From Candidatus Moraniibacteriota bacterium (GTDB taxonomy: Bacteria; Patescibacteriota; Minisyncoccia; Moranbacterales; UBA1568): DNA of 64,000 nt. The notes beneath the pieces were generated by a model. It had not been told where the DNA came from and ran no database searches. It saw only the letters and a program-made list of their open reading frames with translations. The stretch's first letter is position 1; every line of letters starts with the position of its first letter. The stretch is from contig JBPOIB010000003.1 in NCBI GenBank assembly GCA_052034935.1, forward strand, positions 34,407 through 98,406, written 5' to 3'. Positions 25,399 through 35,845 of this stretch are shown in pieces. The position numbers were made by a program, and so were the translations under genes.

Positions 25399-27033
25399 AT
25401 GCAAACAAAACTCCTCAAAATACTTGAAAAGATTGAGAATCGGCCACTTTCCCTCGGGACCTTCGTCGTGACCCTTCTCGCCATCATCGCCATCCGAATC
25501 GTCCTCGAAAACTACCTCGACAATATCCCTTTCCGCTTCTCGGATCAGTTTTTCTATCAGTTTTCCCATCACTTTCTCACTTTCTCGACGATTTTTCTTT
25601 CCGCCCTCCCCGTCCTCGTCTGGGCGGGAAAGGTCGGTATCCGAGGAGCGGCCAATATCCTTCTCAGTGGCTTTCTCGTCATCTGGACGCCGCCGATTGT
25701 CGACGAGATTATTTCGCGCGGTGCAGGACTCTGGAGCTTCTATAGCTTCGACAGTCTGCTCGGCCTATTCAAACGGTACATCACCTTTTTTGGTGATAAG
25801 CCCGACATCGGCATCACCTACGGCGTCCGCTTCGAGGTCGGCCTCGTCGTCCTGCTCGTCCTCGTTTACGCCTGGCTCAAATCGCACTCACCAGTCCGGA
25901 CGCTCGCGAGCGGTATCCTCCTCTACACTGTTCTTTTTATCATCGGTGTTCTCCCTTCCATCATTACCATTCTCCTCCTCGGGCCAAGCACTGGATTTCT
26001 CGCCGTCAGCGAACAGGATGTCGCCCGGGTGATGCTCTCTCCAGCGCCGCTTTTCATCTTCAATCCACCAGGAATTGAGAGTGTCCTCGCAATCAAAATG
26101 ACGACTCAGTACGCCGTACTCATCGTCCCCCTCATCGCCGGTCTCACCTTCTTCTTTTTCCGCCGTATCTTTTGGGCGCTCTATCATAACGCCCGCTTCC
26201 CCCAGCTCGTCTACCATGTTGGACTTTTCTCGGTCGGCGCCGGACTCACGTGGCTCTATGGAACCAACGCCTTCCAATTCGACATCTTCCACATCGCCGG
26301 TACCATCATTTGTCTCATCGCGGTCGGCTGTGCCTGGCTCGCGTCGGTTGTCATGAATGATTTCCGGGATATCGCCATCGATCGAGTGACCAATCCTCAT
26401 CGCCCGCTTGTGACCGGAGTGATTGACCCAGCGACTTATCAGACTATCGGCATACTGTTCTTCACCGCTTCAATCTTTCTCTCGGCTATCATCTCGACGC
26501 AAATGATGCTCCTCCTCACGGTATACCAGTTTTTCGCCTATCTTTACTCCGCCGATCCGCTCCGACTCAAACAGTATCCGTTCATCGCCACCGCACTCGC
26601 AGCGAGTGCCAGCCTACTCATCCTCTTCTCCGGTTTCATCGTCTTCTCGGCAGAAAAAAATATCGCTGCGATCCCGGTTTCATACGTCGCACTCCTCTTC
26701 TTTGCCTACCTCGCCATCATTCCAATCAAGGATTTCAAAGATATCGCTGGTGATAAAGCCGACGGCGTTACCACTCTCCCGGTTCTCTTCGGCGAAGATC
26801 GTGCCAAACGGATTATCGGTGCAGCCGCCTTTCTTGTCTTTGTCATTTCACCGTTCATCCTTTCACTGAAAAGCCTCTTCCCACTCGGCATGTTCTTCGG
26901 CGCAGTGGCTTTCTGGATGTTGCAGCTCTCGTCGGCTGATCACCGCTATCTTTCCTATCGAAAACTCGCCGGCTGGTTCGTCGCTCTCGTTGCTAGTTAC
27001 GGTACATTCATCACGCTTGCTCTCGTCAAATAG
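25399..27033 (+). CDS. UbiA-family prenyltransferase with a roughly 300-aa N-terminal polytopic membrane extension
   Basis: C-terminal half carries NDFRDIAIDRVTNPHRPLVTG (NDxxDxxxD) and the second D-rich motif KDFKDIAGDKADG; the N-terminal 300 aa are hydrophobic helices with no known domain. Confidence 0.6.
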   Translation: MQTKLLKILEKIENRPLSLGTFVVTLLAIIAIRIVLENYLDNIPFRFSDQFFYQFSHHFLTFSTIFLSALPVLVWAGKVGIRGAANILLSGFLVIWTPPIVDEIISRGAGLWSFYSFDSLLGLFKRYITFFGDKPDIGITYGVRFEVGLVVLLVLVYAWLKSHSPVRTLASGILLYTVLFIIGVLPSIITILLLGPSTGFLAVSEQDVARVMLSPAPLFIFNPPGIESVLAIKMTTQYAVLIVPLIAGLTFFFFRRIFWALYHNARFPQLVYHVGLFSVGAGLTWLYGTNAFQFDIFHIAGTIICLIAVGCAWLASVVMNDFRDIAIDRVTNPHRPLVTGVIDPATYQTIGILFFTASIFLSAIISTQMMLLLTVYQFFAYLYSADPLRLKQYPFIATALAASASLLILFSGFIVFSAEKNIAAIPVSYVALLFFAYLAIIPIKDFKDIAGDKADGVTTLPVLFGEDRAKRIIGAAAFLVFVISPFILSLKSLFPLGMFFGAVAFWMLQLSSADHRYLSYRKLAGWFVALVASYGTFITLALVK

Positions 27034-27823
27034 CGAGCGCTTGCTGGAGTCTCTCCCAATCTTCTACGGATAACGCCTGGGCACGGATATCTTTCCGCAT
27101 TCCATTTTTCTCAAGTGCCGTTTCAACAACCGCCTTCTCCAGCTTCAAGCTCGAAGCGAGATTATTCGCAAGTGTCTTCCTTCGCGCCGCGAATCCGGCC
27201 CGGGCGATTCGAAAAAATTTCCGATCGGTTTCAGCATCGAATGCTCGTTTCGCTTTTAAATGGACGACTGCCGAGTCGACTTTCGGGACTGGATCAAACG
27301 CTTCTTTCAGTACGACGAAGGCGAGCGCCACATCGCTGTAGTACTGCGCCATGAGCGAAAGCAGACTCATCGCCCCTGGCTTCGCCGAGAGCCGTTCGCC
27401 AACCTCTTTCTGGACCATGAGCGTCAGACTCGTCGGTTGCCGCTCGAGCGAAAGCAGCGTCCGGATGATCGGCGCTGTGATGTAATACGGGATATTCGCC
27501 ACCACTTTGTACCCGCGCGATGAGTAGCTCGCATGAGCAAGCGTCGCGGCGAGATTCACACCGAGGATGCTTCCTTCAAGGATAGAGACTCCGGCGCTCT
27601 CTTCAAAGTGCTTATTGAGACGCTCTACCAACTCATGATCGAGCTCGATCGCCATTACCTGTGTGCCTTTTTTCGCGAGTGCTTCCGTCAGGATGCCGGT
27701 CCCCGGACCGATCTCGAAGATCTTGTCGCCCGGAACGACTTCCGCCACGGTCAAGATCCGCTCGATGACCGACTGGTCTTTCAAGAAATTCTGTCCGAGT
27801 GATTTCTTTGCTTTCACTTCCAT
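27026..27823 (-). CDS. rsmA: 16S rRNA (adenine1518/1519-N6)-dimethyltransferase
   Basis: KSLGQNFL..., SAM-binding EIGPGTGILTEAL. Confidence 0.9.
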   Translation of the reverse strand: MEVKAKKSLGQNFLKDQSVIERILTVAEVVPGDKIFEIGPGTGILTEALAKKGTQVMAIELDHELVERLNKHFEESAGVSILEGSILGVNLAATLAHASYSSRGYKVVANIPYYITAPIIRTLLSLERQPTSLTLMVQKEVGERLSAKPGAMSLLSLMAQYYSDVALAFVVLKEAFDPVPKVDSAVVHLKAKRAFDAETDRKFFRIARAGFAARRKTLANNLASSLKLEKAVVETALEKNGMRKDIRAQALSVEDWERLQQALAI

Positions 27824-27826
27824 ACC

Positions 27827-28771
27827 CTAATTTGTAATCTCCTCCATCTTCACGTTGATAACACCAGCGCCAATCGAAGCAATTTTTTCGAATGCCACTT
27901 TGTCGAGATCGATGATGCGGCCTGGGACGAATGGTCCGCGGTCATTGATGACGACAATCACCGATTTCCCATTATCAACATTCGTCACCTTCACATAGCT
28001 TCCCTTGGGCAGCCAGGGATTCGCTGCGGCCATCGTTCCGGTCCAAGCATACCACGAAGCGGCGCCACGATGAGCCTTCCCCGTTTTGACGAGCGTTCCC
28101 TGTGTTACGACTTCCGTCACCGGCTCCTTTACGACCTCGGTAGCGAGTATCTTCCGGTTCACCTCCTTGCCGTTATGATAGCTCACTTTGTAGGTGGTGC
28201 GCTTCAGACCATTCTCGCCTTTCTGCGTGACGATTTTCTTCCGCCAAGAGAGATTTCCATCTTCTTCCGTCTTGGTCGCATACGGAATCTTCGTTTCTTT
28301 CATTTCTTCTTTCACTTCCACCCGGGTGATCGTAATCTTCTTCCCTGTCGGAACTGCCGCTTCGAACGCCGGCGTCACCAAATCGTCTTCATCAAGTACC
28401 ACGCCCGCCTCCCGGATGATTTCCTCTACGGTCGAAGATATGGCGCGAACCAGCACCTCTTTTCCATCGACGAGAATTTGTATCTCACGCGCGGGCTGCC
28501 AGACGATGCGTGCGCCGGTAAAAACGGCACTTTCTCCAATCGGATACAGCTGATCATCCGGTGCTAGTGTGAAGCCGGCGCGACGAATCACTTCCGCTAC
28601 TGTCAGCCCAGCATCAAACTGAACTTCAAACTCCCCGCCAGAAATAACGAGTGTCGCCGATGATGGCCGACCAACCGAAAAACTTTCGCGTGAATCGCCG
28701 AAAGGCGGGGTCAAAAACTGATAGGCTGCAAAACTGCCAAGGATGATTGCTGTAAAAAAGAAAATTTTCAT
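27827..28771 (-). CDS. YabE-like cell-wall protein (DUF348, G5 domain, 3D/RlpA-like DPBB domain)
   Basis: G5-like KKIVTQKGENGLKRTTYKVSYHNGKEV; C-terminal AHRGAASWYAWTG...VINDRGPF 3D domain; ksgA-yabE-type synteny. Confidence 0.7.
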   Translation of the reverse strand: MKIFFFTAIILGSFAAYQFLTPPFGDSRESFSVGRPSSATLVISGGEFEVQFDAGLTVAEVIRRAGFTLAPDDQLYPIGESAVFTGARIVWQPAREIQILVDGKEVLVRAISSTVEEIIREAGVVLDEDDLVTPAFEAAVPTGKKITITRVEVKEEMKETKIPYATKTEEDGNLSWRKKIVTQKGENGLKRTTYKVSYHNGKEVNRKILATEVVKEPVTEVVTQGTLVKTGKAHRGAASWYAWTGTMAAANPWLPKGSYVKVTNVDNGKSVIVVINDRGPFVPGRIIDLDKVAFEKIASIGAGVINVKMEEITN

Positions 28772-28783
28772 TTTGAAATGAGT

Positions 28784-30304
28784 CTATTCACGGAACCGAT
28801 ACTGGAGTGCTTCAGCAAGATGTCCGTCTTGGATGTGCTCGGAGTGATCTAGATCCGCTATTGTCCGGGCAACCTTCAGGATTCGCGTATAGGCACGCGG
28901 CGAGAGATGATAGTGTTCGACGGCTTCTCTGAGGAGCGCTTGTCCAGCAGCATCCAGAACGCAGTGCACTTCCATGAGTTTGTTATCGAGCTCGGCGTTA
29001 GATCCTTTACCACTCCCCTCGAGCCGCGCGCGGCTCTCTTGACGCGCAGCCTCAACACGAACACGAACCACTTCGCTCGAATCAGTGCCCACCCGGTCAC
29101 GGAGTTCATCAAATGAAAGGCGAGGAACATCAATATGGAGATCAATACGGTCCATAATCGGGCCCGAGATCTTCTGACGATACTTTTCGATCTGATATGC
29201 GCTGCAGCCGCACATCCGTTCTGGGTCACCATGATGTCCGCATGGACATGGATTCATCGCTGCGACCAGCATGAAGCGCGCCGGGAAAGTGAGCGTCCCC
29301 TTGGCACGCGAAATTGTTACCAGCCCATCCTCGAGCGGCTGGCGAAGGCTCTCGAGGAGCGAACGGGGAAATTCGGCAAACTCATCGAGGAAAAGCACGC
29401 CCCGATGTGCGAGACTCACTTCGCCCGGCCTGGGAATCGTCCCGCCACCGATAAGTGAGATACCGCTCGCCGTGTGATGAGGTGAACGGAAAGGCCGAGC
29501 CTCTACGAGCGCTTCGCCTCGAGCCAGCCGGTCAGCGACCGAGAAAATCTGCGTCACCTCGAGGCATTCTTCAAACGTAAGCTTTGGCAAGATAGTCGGC
29601 AGAGCCTTCGCGAGAAGCGTTTTGCCCGATCCTGGGGGCCCAAGCATGAGGATATTATGTCCGCCTGCCGCAGCAATCTCAAGTGCGCGCTTCGCATGCT
29701 CCTGGCCACGGATAAGGGCAAAGTCGGTCGCCGGATTCGAATGCTTTCCTTCTTCAATCGCGGTCGGCTCAGTCGCTGTAAATGGCGCCCGGCCTTCGAG
29801 GTGCCCGATGAGCGTTTGGAGCGAATCAGCCGCAAATACCCGAATACCAGGAACGAGCGCTGCTTCCGCAGCATTTTCTTTCGGTACAAAGATCTCTTCG
29901 AATCCCATCCGTTTGGCAAAGAGGGTAAGCGGGAGCACACCCGAAACCGGTCGGAGTCGGCCATCGAGGGCAAGCTCGCCGATGAAAAAACGTTTCTCAA
30001 CAGGAAAAGAAACCTGCTTGGTTGCCTGGAGAAAAACAAGAGCGATGGGAAGATCATAGGCTGAAGAACCTTTCGGAAGATCGGCCGGGGCGAGATTGAC
30101 GGTTACCCGTCCGCTCATGTGAGGTGGCCGGAAACCGGTATTCTTAATTGCCGCACTGACCCGGTCACGCGCTTCTTTCACTGCTGTATCGGCCAGACCA
30201 ACGATTGTGAACTGATGCAAGCCCTTGGAAAGGATGTCGGCCTCAATTTCAACAGCGACCCCGTCGAGTCCGATCGTTGCTCCAGAATACACTTTAGCTG
30301 ACAT
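28784..30304 (-). CDS. comM: Mg-chelatase-like AAA+ ATPase YifB/ComM
   Basis: Walker A LMLGPPGSGKTLLAKAL; Lon-like N-terminal domain; ChlI-like C-terminus. Confidence 0.85.
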   Translation of the reverse strand: MSAKVYSGATIGLDGVAVEIEADILSKGLHQFTIVGLADTAVKEARDRVSAAIKNTGFRPPHMSGRVTVNLAPADLPKGSSAYDLPIALVFLQATKQVSFPVEKRFFIGELALDGRLRPVSGVLPLTLFAKRMGFEEIFVPKENAAEAALVPGIRVFAADSLQTLIGHLEGRAPFTATEPTAIEEGKHSNPATDFALIRGQEHAKRALEIAAAGGHNILMLGPPGSGKTLLAKALPTILPKLTFEECLEVTQIFSVADRLARGEALVEARPFRSPHHTASGISLIGGGTIPRPGEVSLAHRGVLFLDEFAEFPRSLLESLRQPLEDGLVTISRAKGTLTFPARFMLVAAMNPCPCGHHGDPERMCGCSAYQIEKYRQKISGPIMDRIDLHIDVPRLSFDELRDRVGTDSSEVVRVRVEAARQESRARLEGSGKGSNAELDNKLMEVHCVLDAAGQALLREAVEHYHLSPRAYTRILKVARTIADLDHSEHIQDGHLAEALQYRFRE

Positions 30305-30725
30305 ATGACTTCCTTGTGGAGAATATTCCGCTCATTCGCCCCAAAAGATACAGCACCCCAAGAAGAAGCATCATATCAGCCAAATTAAAGCTTGGAAAGG
30401 GCCCCAGGGTGAGATAGTCCCGGACACAGCCCTCCAGGAAACGGTCGAGCGTATTGACTGTTCCGCCGATGAAAACGGCAGACCAGGCCAGTCGTTCTCC
30501 CTCATCACTCCTCCGGCCAAACTGCCACAAGACACCAATAAGAAGGGCGACGATCCCCGACCAGAGGAGGGTCTCGGGGAGAACGATTCCGAAAGCGATG
30601 CCCGGGTTGCAGACAGTGATCTCAGGACTCTTCAGTCGATATACGAGATCGAAAAGACCGCACAAAAACAAAAGTCCGATGACGAATCGCTCCATCCTCG
30701 GACTCCATCCCCCCATACAACTCAC
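30294..30725 (-). CDS. lspA: Lipoprotein signal peptidase II
   Basis: NPGIAFG and FNLAD motifs with four TM helices; the start is probably an internal ATG (MERFV). Confidence 0.7.
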   Translation of the reverse strand: MSCMGGWSPRMERFVIGLLFLCGLFDLVYRLKSPEITVCNPGIAFGIVLPETLLWSGIVALLIGVLWQFGRRSDEGERLAWSAVFIGGTVNTLDRFLEGCVRDYLTLGPFPSFNLADMMLLLGVLYLLGRMSGIFSTRKSYVS

Positions 30726-30727
30726 TT

Positions 30728-31087
30728 TTAAGCTTCGATAACGGTTCGCGCAGCCGGATTGGCCTGGAGCCGTTCGAGCGGAATTTCTTTACTGGTTTTT
30801 TCACAGACGCCATACGTTCCGGCAACCATTTTAGAGAGAGCATCATTCACGTCACGCAAGTTATCCTCAAGCGTTCCTTCCAAGGAAAGATTGTCAGCGT
30901 ATGCTTCGACTTCGCTCGCATTCTCATCTGGATCGCTGCCAATCACCTCGAACTTCGTCTCATAGTCACCAGGAGTGCCGGTCGGCTGAGCGAAACGAGT
31001 GAGCTCTTCTTCGAGCCGAGCCTTATCCGCAAGTAGTCTTTCCTTCAGTTGAGCAAGTGTGGTTGTATCCAAAGCCATAAGGTTCAA
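30728..31087 (-). CDS. DksA/TraR-family protein with a degenerate zinc finger
   Basis: Coiled-coil N-terminus; C-terminal GTYGVCEKTSKEIPLERLQANPAARTVIE carries only one Cys. Confidence 0.5.
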   Translation of the reverse strand: MNLMALDTTTLAQLKERLLADKARLEEELTRFAQPTGTPGDYETKFEVIGSDPDENASEVEAYADNLSLEGTLEDNLRDVNDALSKMVAGTYGVCEKTSKEIPLERLQANPAARTVIEA

Positions 31088-31127
31088 ATTAAGATAGTCC
31101 TAGTATATCGAATCTGGCACCCCCTGT

Positions 31128-31523
31128 CTACGTGTAGAATATATGGTCAAGATGCCTAATTTTCGGTTCTTCTCCGGCGAAGAATGTCACTGAGATGGCA
31201 TCAAACGAGTATTCCCGATCAGTGAGCTGCTTTTCTCTCAGGTAGAGAAGGGCTGCTTTTTCCATTTTCCGAAGCTTTGCAGGGGTAATCTGCCACTCTG
31301 GAAGACGTTCTGCTCTGCCCGCATCGATAAAGGCCGCCTTTACCTCGACAAAGACGATTTCCTTGCTTTTCTCCGCTATAATATCGATTTCTCCCAGGCG
31401 AATGCCTTTTGCATTAGCATAATTCCGGTCAAGGATGCGATACCCGGCTCCCTCCAGATAAAGAGCAGCCTGCTCCTCTCCCGATTTTCCGATATCAGTA
31501 GTAGGAATAGAGAAATTATTCAT
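31128..31523 (-). CDS. YraN-family (UPF0102) endonuclease-like protein
   Basis: GEEQAALYLEGAGYRILDRNY...GEIDIIA. The ORF track begins 28 codons upstream at 31607; the MNNFS start is preferred. Confidence 0.7.
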   Translation of the reverse strand: MNNFSIPTTDIGKSGEEQAALYLEGAGYRILDRNYANAKGIRLGEIDIIAEKSKEIVFVEVKAAFIDAGRAERLPEWQITPAKLRKMEKAALLYLREKQLTDREYSFDAISVTFFAGEEPKIRHLDHIFYT

Positions 31524-32154
31524 ATGTTTCTCCCTGAAAATAAGCCAAAAAACGGATTTTAGCAACAAAAAAAGGCCCATTGGCCATTCTCCTCCTGCCC
31601 GGCACACACTTTACAAGATGTTGGTGCCGGGCGCCTGCCCAGAACGCCCATATTTTGAAAAATTTGGCTTTGTGACAAGCGCCCGACGTGCGTGTGCCCA
31701 ACATGCAGGCCGATAATGAAACGCTCGGGTGAGAAGCATTTGATTATACAAGCTTTCATGTGGTTTGATGCCCACGCGAATAGGACTTTTCTGGTATTTT
31801 CCTGATCTCTCACCGTTCTTTGGCTATGCCAATTTTACTTTGCAAGGTACTGGTTTTTGTTTTTTGTTTTTGTGTAAAGGCCGAGGTTTATTATATTTCT
31901 CGACATTTTTGTTTTTGTTTTGGCGGCACGCTCCAGACCAGAATAGGAGCTGTTGGTGACGATGCACCGAACGGTTAAACAGTGGAGACCTTCTCATTCC
32001 CATGCGAGATGCGGACGAGAGGGTCTCCCTTGTTCAGATCATATTTTCAAGAAACTTTTTCAACTCAACAAATCCATTATAGCAGAAAAAAACGCTCGAG
32101 TCAATCTTGCGGACTCATTATCTTTTAGTTGCGCGATAATTATTTCTCTTGCCG

Positions 32155-32179
32155 ATAAAAAAACTCATCATGAGATGAG
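32155..32179 (-). terminator. Rho-independent terminator for the 32230..33459 gene
   Basis: Minus strand: CTCATC-TCAT-GATGAG, then T7. Confidence 0.7.
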
Positions 32180-32229
32180 TTCATTCAAAAAAGAAGTGCT
32201 GCGACTTTCGAAAAACAGCTTGGCAGAGA

Positions 32230-33459
32230 CTAAAGACCGGTCTTATCGAGCACAGCCCGCAGCGAATTCTTGCTCGTACCGATAACCCACTGCTTGCCGC
32301 GGACCGCATAGTCAACCGAAAGCCCGAGCGAAGCATCAACATTGGTGAAACGGACCGGGCGTTCCAGGTACATGCCGTCGCGGAAAGCCAGATTGCGCTT
32401 CGGAGCGGTCGTCATGTCGAGATAGAGAGGGTCGAGCGCTGAAGGAAGCAGACCTTCGTCTTTCTGTAGCTCCAGAGAGAATGTCTCCTGGTTCTTGATA
32501 TAAGCCAGCAGCACAGCTCGTGGACGATCACCATCAATATAAACGTACACAGAGAACGGTTCGTCGAGCGCCTCCAATATCCCGGCCGGAAGCTCGAGCT
32601 TAGCAAGGTAAGCGAAGCGGGATAATGCCAAAGGATTGAGCTTCTGATCACGGATCAGGAACTCGACCGCATCTGAAAGTCCATCTTTTTTGATTCCCTG
32701 ACCCGCCTGGAGAAGAGTGCTCTTGATTTCTTCAGCAGTCACCGTTTCCGTATTGAAAGAGAGGACGTTTGGTTGATCAGACTGGTATTTAGGAGGGGTC
32801 GTGGTAGCTGGTAGGGATTTTTCCGGATTAGGTCTGATCGGATCATTCGCGATCTCTCCAGGGATTGCTGGCTTATCGGTCATTCTCTGCCAGACATACC
32901 AACCACCGAGAGAGAGCACGACTGCGACCAGGACAGTTCCGAGTCGGATCCATTTTGTTTTTTCGCCAGTGAGAAGTGTTTTTAGCCGATGTAGCAACCC
33001 TGGACGCGAAGGAAGCATTCCCTCAAAAGAAGCCCCTCCCACTGTCGGTTGAGCGATATTGAGAGCGACTGGTTTAGCCTCAGTATCAAAGTGCTGCTCT
33101 GATACAGCAGAATGAGCAGGGACGACCGGGAGCACAGTTGGAGGTGCGGCAGAAGCAGTCTTCGCCCCCTCCTTCACCGAGAGAGGATCAGCTTCGGGAG
33201 ACTGAAGAAAAGGACTAGTCTCTGATGGATTCGGCATCACTTCAGCCGTATCTACGCCTGGAGCAGCGTAAAAAGGAGCGCCTTCGCGAGCGTTCGGGTT
33301 GAAACTCACCAAAGGCTCTTTTTTTTCCGGTATCTTTGTCGGTACATTCCGGCCAGTCAGATCATCTTCCATCGTGTGCACCAAAGGAAGCACCGATTCG
33401 ACCGGACTTTGTACATCCGCAGATTCTTCCGCTACCGTATCTTTTTTGAACCAGTTCAT
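32230..33459 (-). CDS. Hypothetical single-pass membrane protein with an extracytoplasmic C-terminal domain
   Basis: Mid-protein TM (WIRLGTVLVAVVLSLGGWYVW); no recognisable domain. Confidence 0.45.
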   Translation of the reverse strand: MNWFKKDTVAEESADVQSPVESVLPLVHTMEDDLTGRNVPTKIPEKKEPLVSFNPNAREGAPFYAAPGVDTAEVMPNPSETSPFLQSPEADPLSVKEGAKTASAAPPTVLPVVPAHSAVSEQHFDTEAKPVALNIAQPTVGGASFEGMLPSRPGLLHRLKTLLTGEKTKWIRLGTVLVAVVLSLGGWYVWQRMTDKPAIPGEIANDPIRPNPEKSLPATTTPPKYQSDQPNVLSFNTETVTAEEIKSTLLQAGQGIKKDGLSDAVEFLIRDQKLNPLALSRFAYLAKLELPAGILEALDEPFSVYVYIDGDRPRAVLLAYIKNQETFSLELQKDEGLLPSALDPLYLDMTTAPKRNLAFRDGMYLERPVRFTNVDASLGLSVDYAVRGKQWVIGTSKNSLRAVLDKTGL

Positions 33460-33465
33460 AGCAAT

Positions 33466-33490
33466 ACAAAAAGAGAGGCTATCCTCTCTT
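33466..33490 (-). terminator. Rho-independent terminator after pnp
   Basis: Minus strand: GAGAGG-ATAG-CCTCTC, then T5. Confidence 0.6.
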
Positions 33491-33524
33491 CAGTATACCT
33501 TGTCTCATTTGCTCGCGCTATATT

Positions 33525-35660
33525 CTACACTTCTTCACCGAGCTCTTCGCGGACAAGCTTCGCTTTAGCCATCTTGTGAGAGAGGTTGATCCGGCCCTGG
33601 GTGTCGATTTCTTTCACGATGACCGTGACAACATCGCCGACATTCACGATATCTTCGACTTTTTCTACTCGATGATCGGCCAGTTCAGAAATATGGATCA
33701 GTCCTTCCTGGTTCGGCAAAACTTCGGCAAAAGCACCGAAATTCATAATTCGAGTAATCCGGCCCTGGAACATCTCCCCGACAGCAACCTCGCGAGTGAT
33801 ATTTTTGATCCACTGAACCGCTTCTTCGGCGCCGGTCGCATCAACCGCCGTGATAAAGACCGATCCATCGTCTTCGATATCGATTGAGACGCCGGTCTCA
33901 TCGATAATCTGATTGATTATCTTACCACCAGGACCGATGACGTCACGGATTTTCTCCGGATTGATGTGGAGAGTAATAATACGTGGAGCGTACGGGGACA
34001 TCTCTTTGCGCGGCTCTGGGATGGCAGCGAGCATGACCTCCATGATTTCGAGCCGAGCCTCCTTCGCCTGCTTGATCGCGATCCCGAGCATATCCGGGGT
34101 CAGCCCATCGATCTTCACATCCATTTGCATCGCCGTAATACCGTCTTTCGTACCGGCGACCTTGAAGTCCATATCGCCGTAATGGTCCTCGAGACCCTGG
34201 ATATCGGTCAAGACCTTGAAACTTCCGTCTTTGCCAGCAATGACGCCCATCGCGATACCGGAAACCGGCTTCTTGATCGGCACACCGGCATCCATGAGGG
34301 AAAGCGTCGATCCGCAGGTTGATCCCATCGAGGAAGAACCATTAGAGGACAGCACTTCGGAAACGAGGTGAATCGTATAGGGAAATTCCTCTTTCGATGG
34401 GAGTACCGGGAGAAGCGCCTTCTCAGCGAGAGCACCATGGCCGACTTCCCGACGGCCCGGCCCGCGCATCGGCTTGATTTCGCCGACTGAATAGGCCGGG
34501 AAATTGTAGAAGTGCATATAGCGCTTCTTTTCGTCGGTTTCCATCGTATCCACAACCATTTCATCGCCTGGAGCACCGAGTGTTGTCACGGTCAAAACCT
34601 GGGTTTCGCCACGAGTAAAGAGTCCGGTGCCATGCGTGCGAGGCAGAATACCGACCTGGGATGCGAGCGGCCGGATTTCCGTCAGCTTGCGGCCATCAGG
34701 ACGCTTGTCATGTAGAAGGATATTGGTGTGAAGCGCCTCGTCTGAGAGCTCTTCATTGATGAGTGAGAGAATTTCCGCCTGATTTTTCTCGTCCGGAAAG
34801 TTCTCCGCAGCGTATTCCGCAGCTTTTTTCTCGATTTCCGCCGTTTTTTCGAGCATCGTAGCTTTCGGCTTGAGATACAGGGCATCAGCGAGTCCAAGCG
34901 AAGCGGTATATTCCTTCATTTTCGCTTCGAACTCTTCGCTTCCGACGAGCAGAGCGGCTGCCTTCTTCTCGCGGCCAATCTCTTTTCTCACTGACTCGAT
35001 AAAGTCCGTGACTTTTTGTATGGCTTCATGACCGAAACGGAAGGCCTCCGTCATTTGTTCCTCAGCAATCTCGTTCGCCCCACACTCGATCATATTGATC
35101 TTGTCATGAGTACCGGAGACGAGGAGATCAAGGGCGCTCGTCGCCCGTTCTTCACGGGAAGGATTGAGGATAAAGGCTTTTTCCGCATTCAAACCAACAC
35201 GAACAGCACCAATCGGGCCATTCCAAGGGATATCGGAAAGGGTAAGGGCGGCTGAAGCCGCAATCATCGCGACCAAATCCGGTTCATTTTCACCGTCAAT
35301 CGAGAGAACAGTCGTCACGACTTGGACTTCGTTCCGCATCCGGCTATTGAAGAGTGGGCGAACTGTCCGGTCTACCGCACGGCCTGAGAGGATAGCATCA
35401 TCCGACGGCCGACCTTCACGCTTGATAAAGCGCGAGCCTTTGATCTTGCCCGCTGCGTAGTAACGCTCCTCGAAATCCACCATAAGCGGGAAATAGCCGG
35501 TAATCCGAGACATTTCCTTACTCATGACGGCTGTCGCCAGGACGACCGTATCGCCGTACTGGACCGTCACCGCGCCGTTCGCCTGACCAGCCAAGAGGCC
35601 CGTTGAGATGCTTAATTCACGCCCGCCGAGCTGGAGAGACCATTTTTTAGCTCCTTGCAT
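33525..35660 (-). CDS. pnp: Polyribonucleotide nucleotidyltransferase (PNPase)
   Basis: Two RNase PH domains, then KH and S1; characteristic motifs throughout. Confidence 0.95.
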   Translation of the reverse strand: MQGAKKWSLQLGGRELSISTGLLAGQANGAVTVQYGDTVVLATAVMSKEMSRITGYFPLMVDFEERYYAAGKIKGSRFIKREGRPSDDAILSGRAVDRTVRPLFNSRMRNEVQVVTTVLSIDGENEPDLVAMIAASAALTLSDIPWNGPIGAVRVGLNAEKAFILNPSREERATSALDLLVSGTHDKINMIECGANEIAEEQMTEAFRFGHEAIQKVTDFIESVRKEIGREKKAAALLVGSEEFEAKMKEYTASLGLADALYLKPKATMLEKTAEIEKKAAEYAAENFPDEKNQAEILSLINEELSDEALHTNILLHDKRPDGRKLTEIRPLASQVGILPRTHGTGLFTRGETQVLTVTTLGAPGDEMVVDTMETDEKKRYMHFYNFPAYSVGEIKPMRGPGRREVGHGALAEKALLPVLPSKEEFPYTIHLVSEVLSSNGSSSMGSTCGSTLSLMDAGVPIKKPVSGIAMGVIAGKDGSFKVLTDIQGLEDHYGDMDFKVAGTKDGITAMQMDVKIDGLTPDMLGIAIKQAKEARLEIMEVMLAAIPEPRKEMSPYAPRIITLHINPEKIRDVIGPGGKIINQIIDETGVSIDIEDDGSVFITAVDATGAEEAVQWIKNITREVAVGEMFQGRITRIMNFGAFAEVLPNQEGLIHISELADHRVEKVEDIVNVGDVVTVIVKEIDTQGRINLSHKMAKAKLVREELGEEV

Positions 35661-35845
35661 AGAGTTATGAACCGTCCTGGGCTCATAAACACGCGGCTTT
35701 TCCTGAATCCTACTTCAGAAAGAATCGTGTACCTATAAACCCTTGTGACGGCAATTACTTGTTAACCGCCTGTACTCTAGCCTCTTTTTACCCATTTTGT
35801 CAAAGAAAAACGAGCTTTTCAGCCCGTTCTCTTGCCATCGACACT

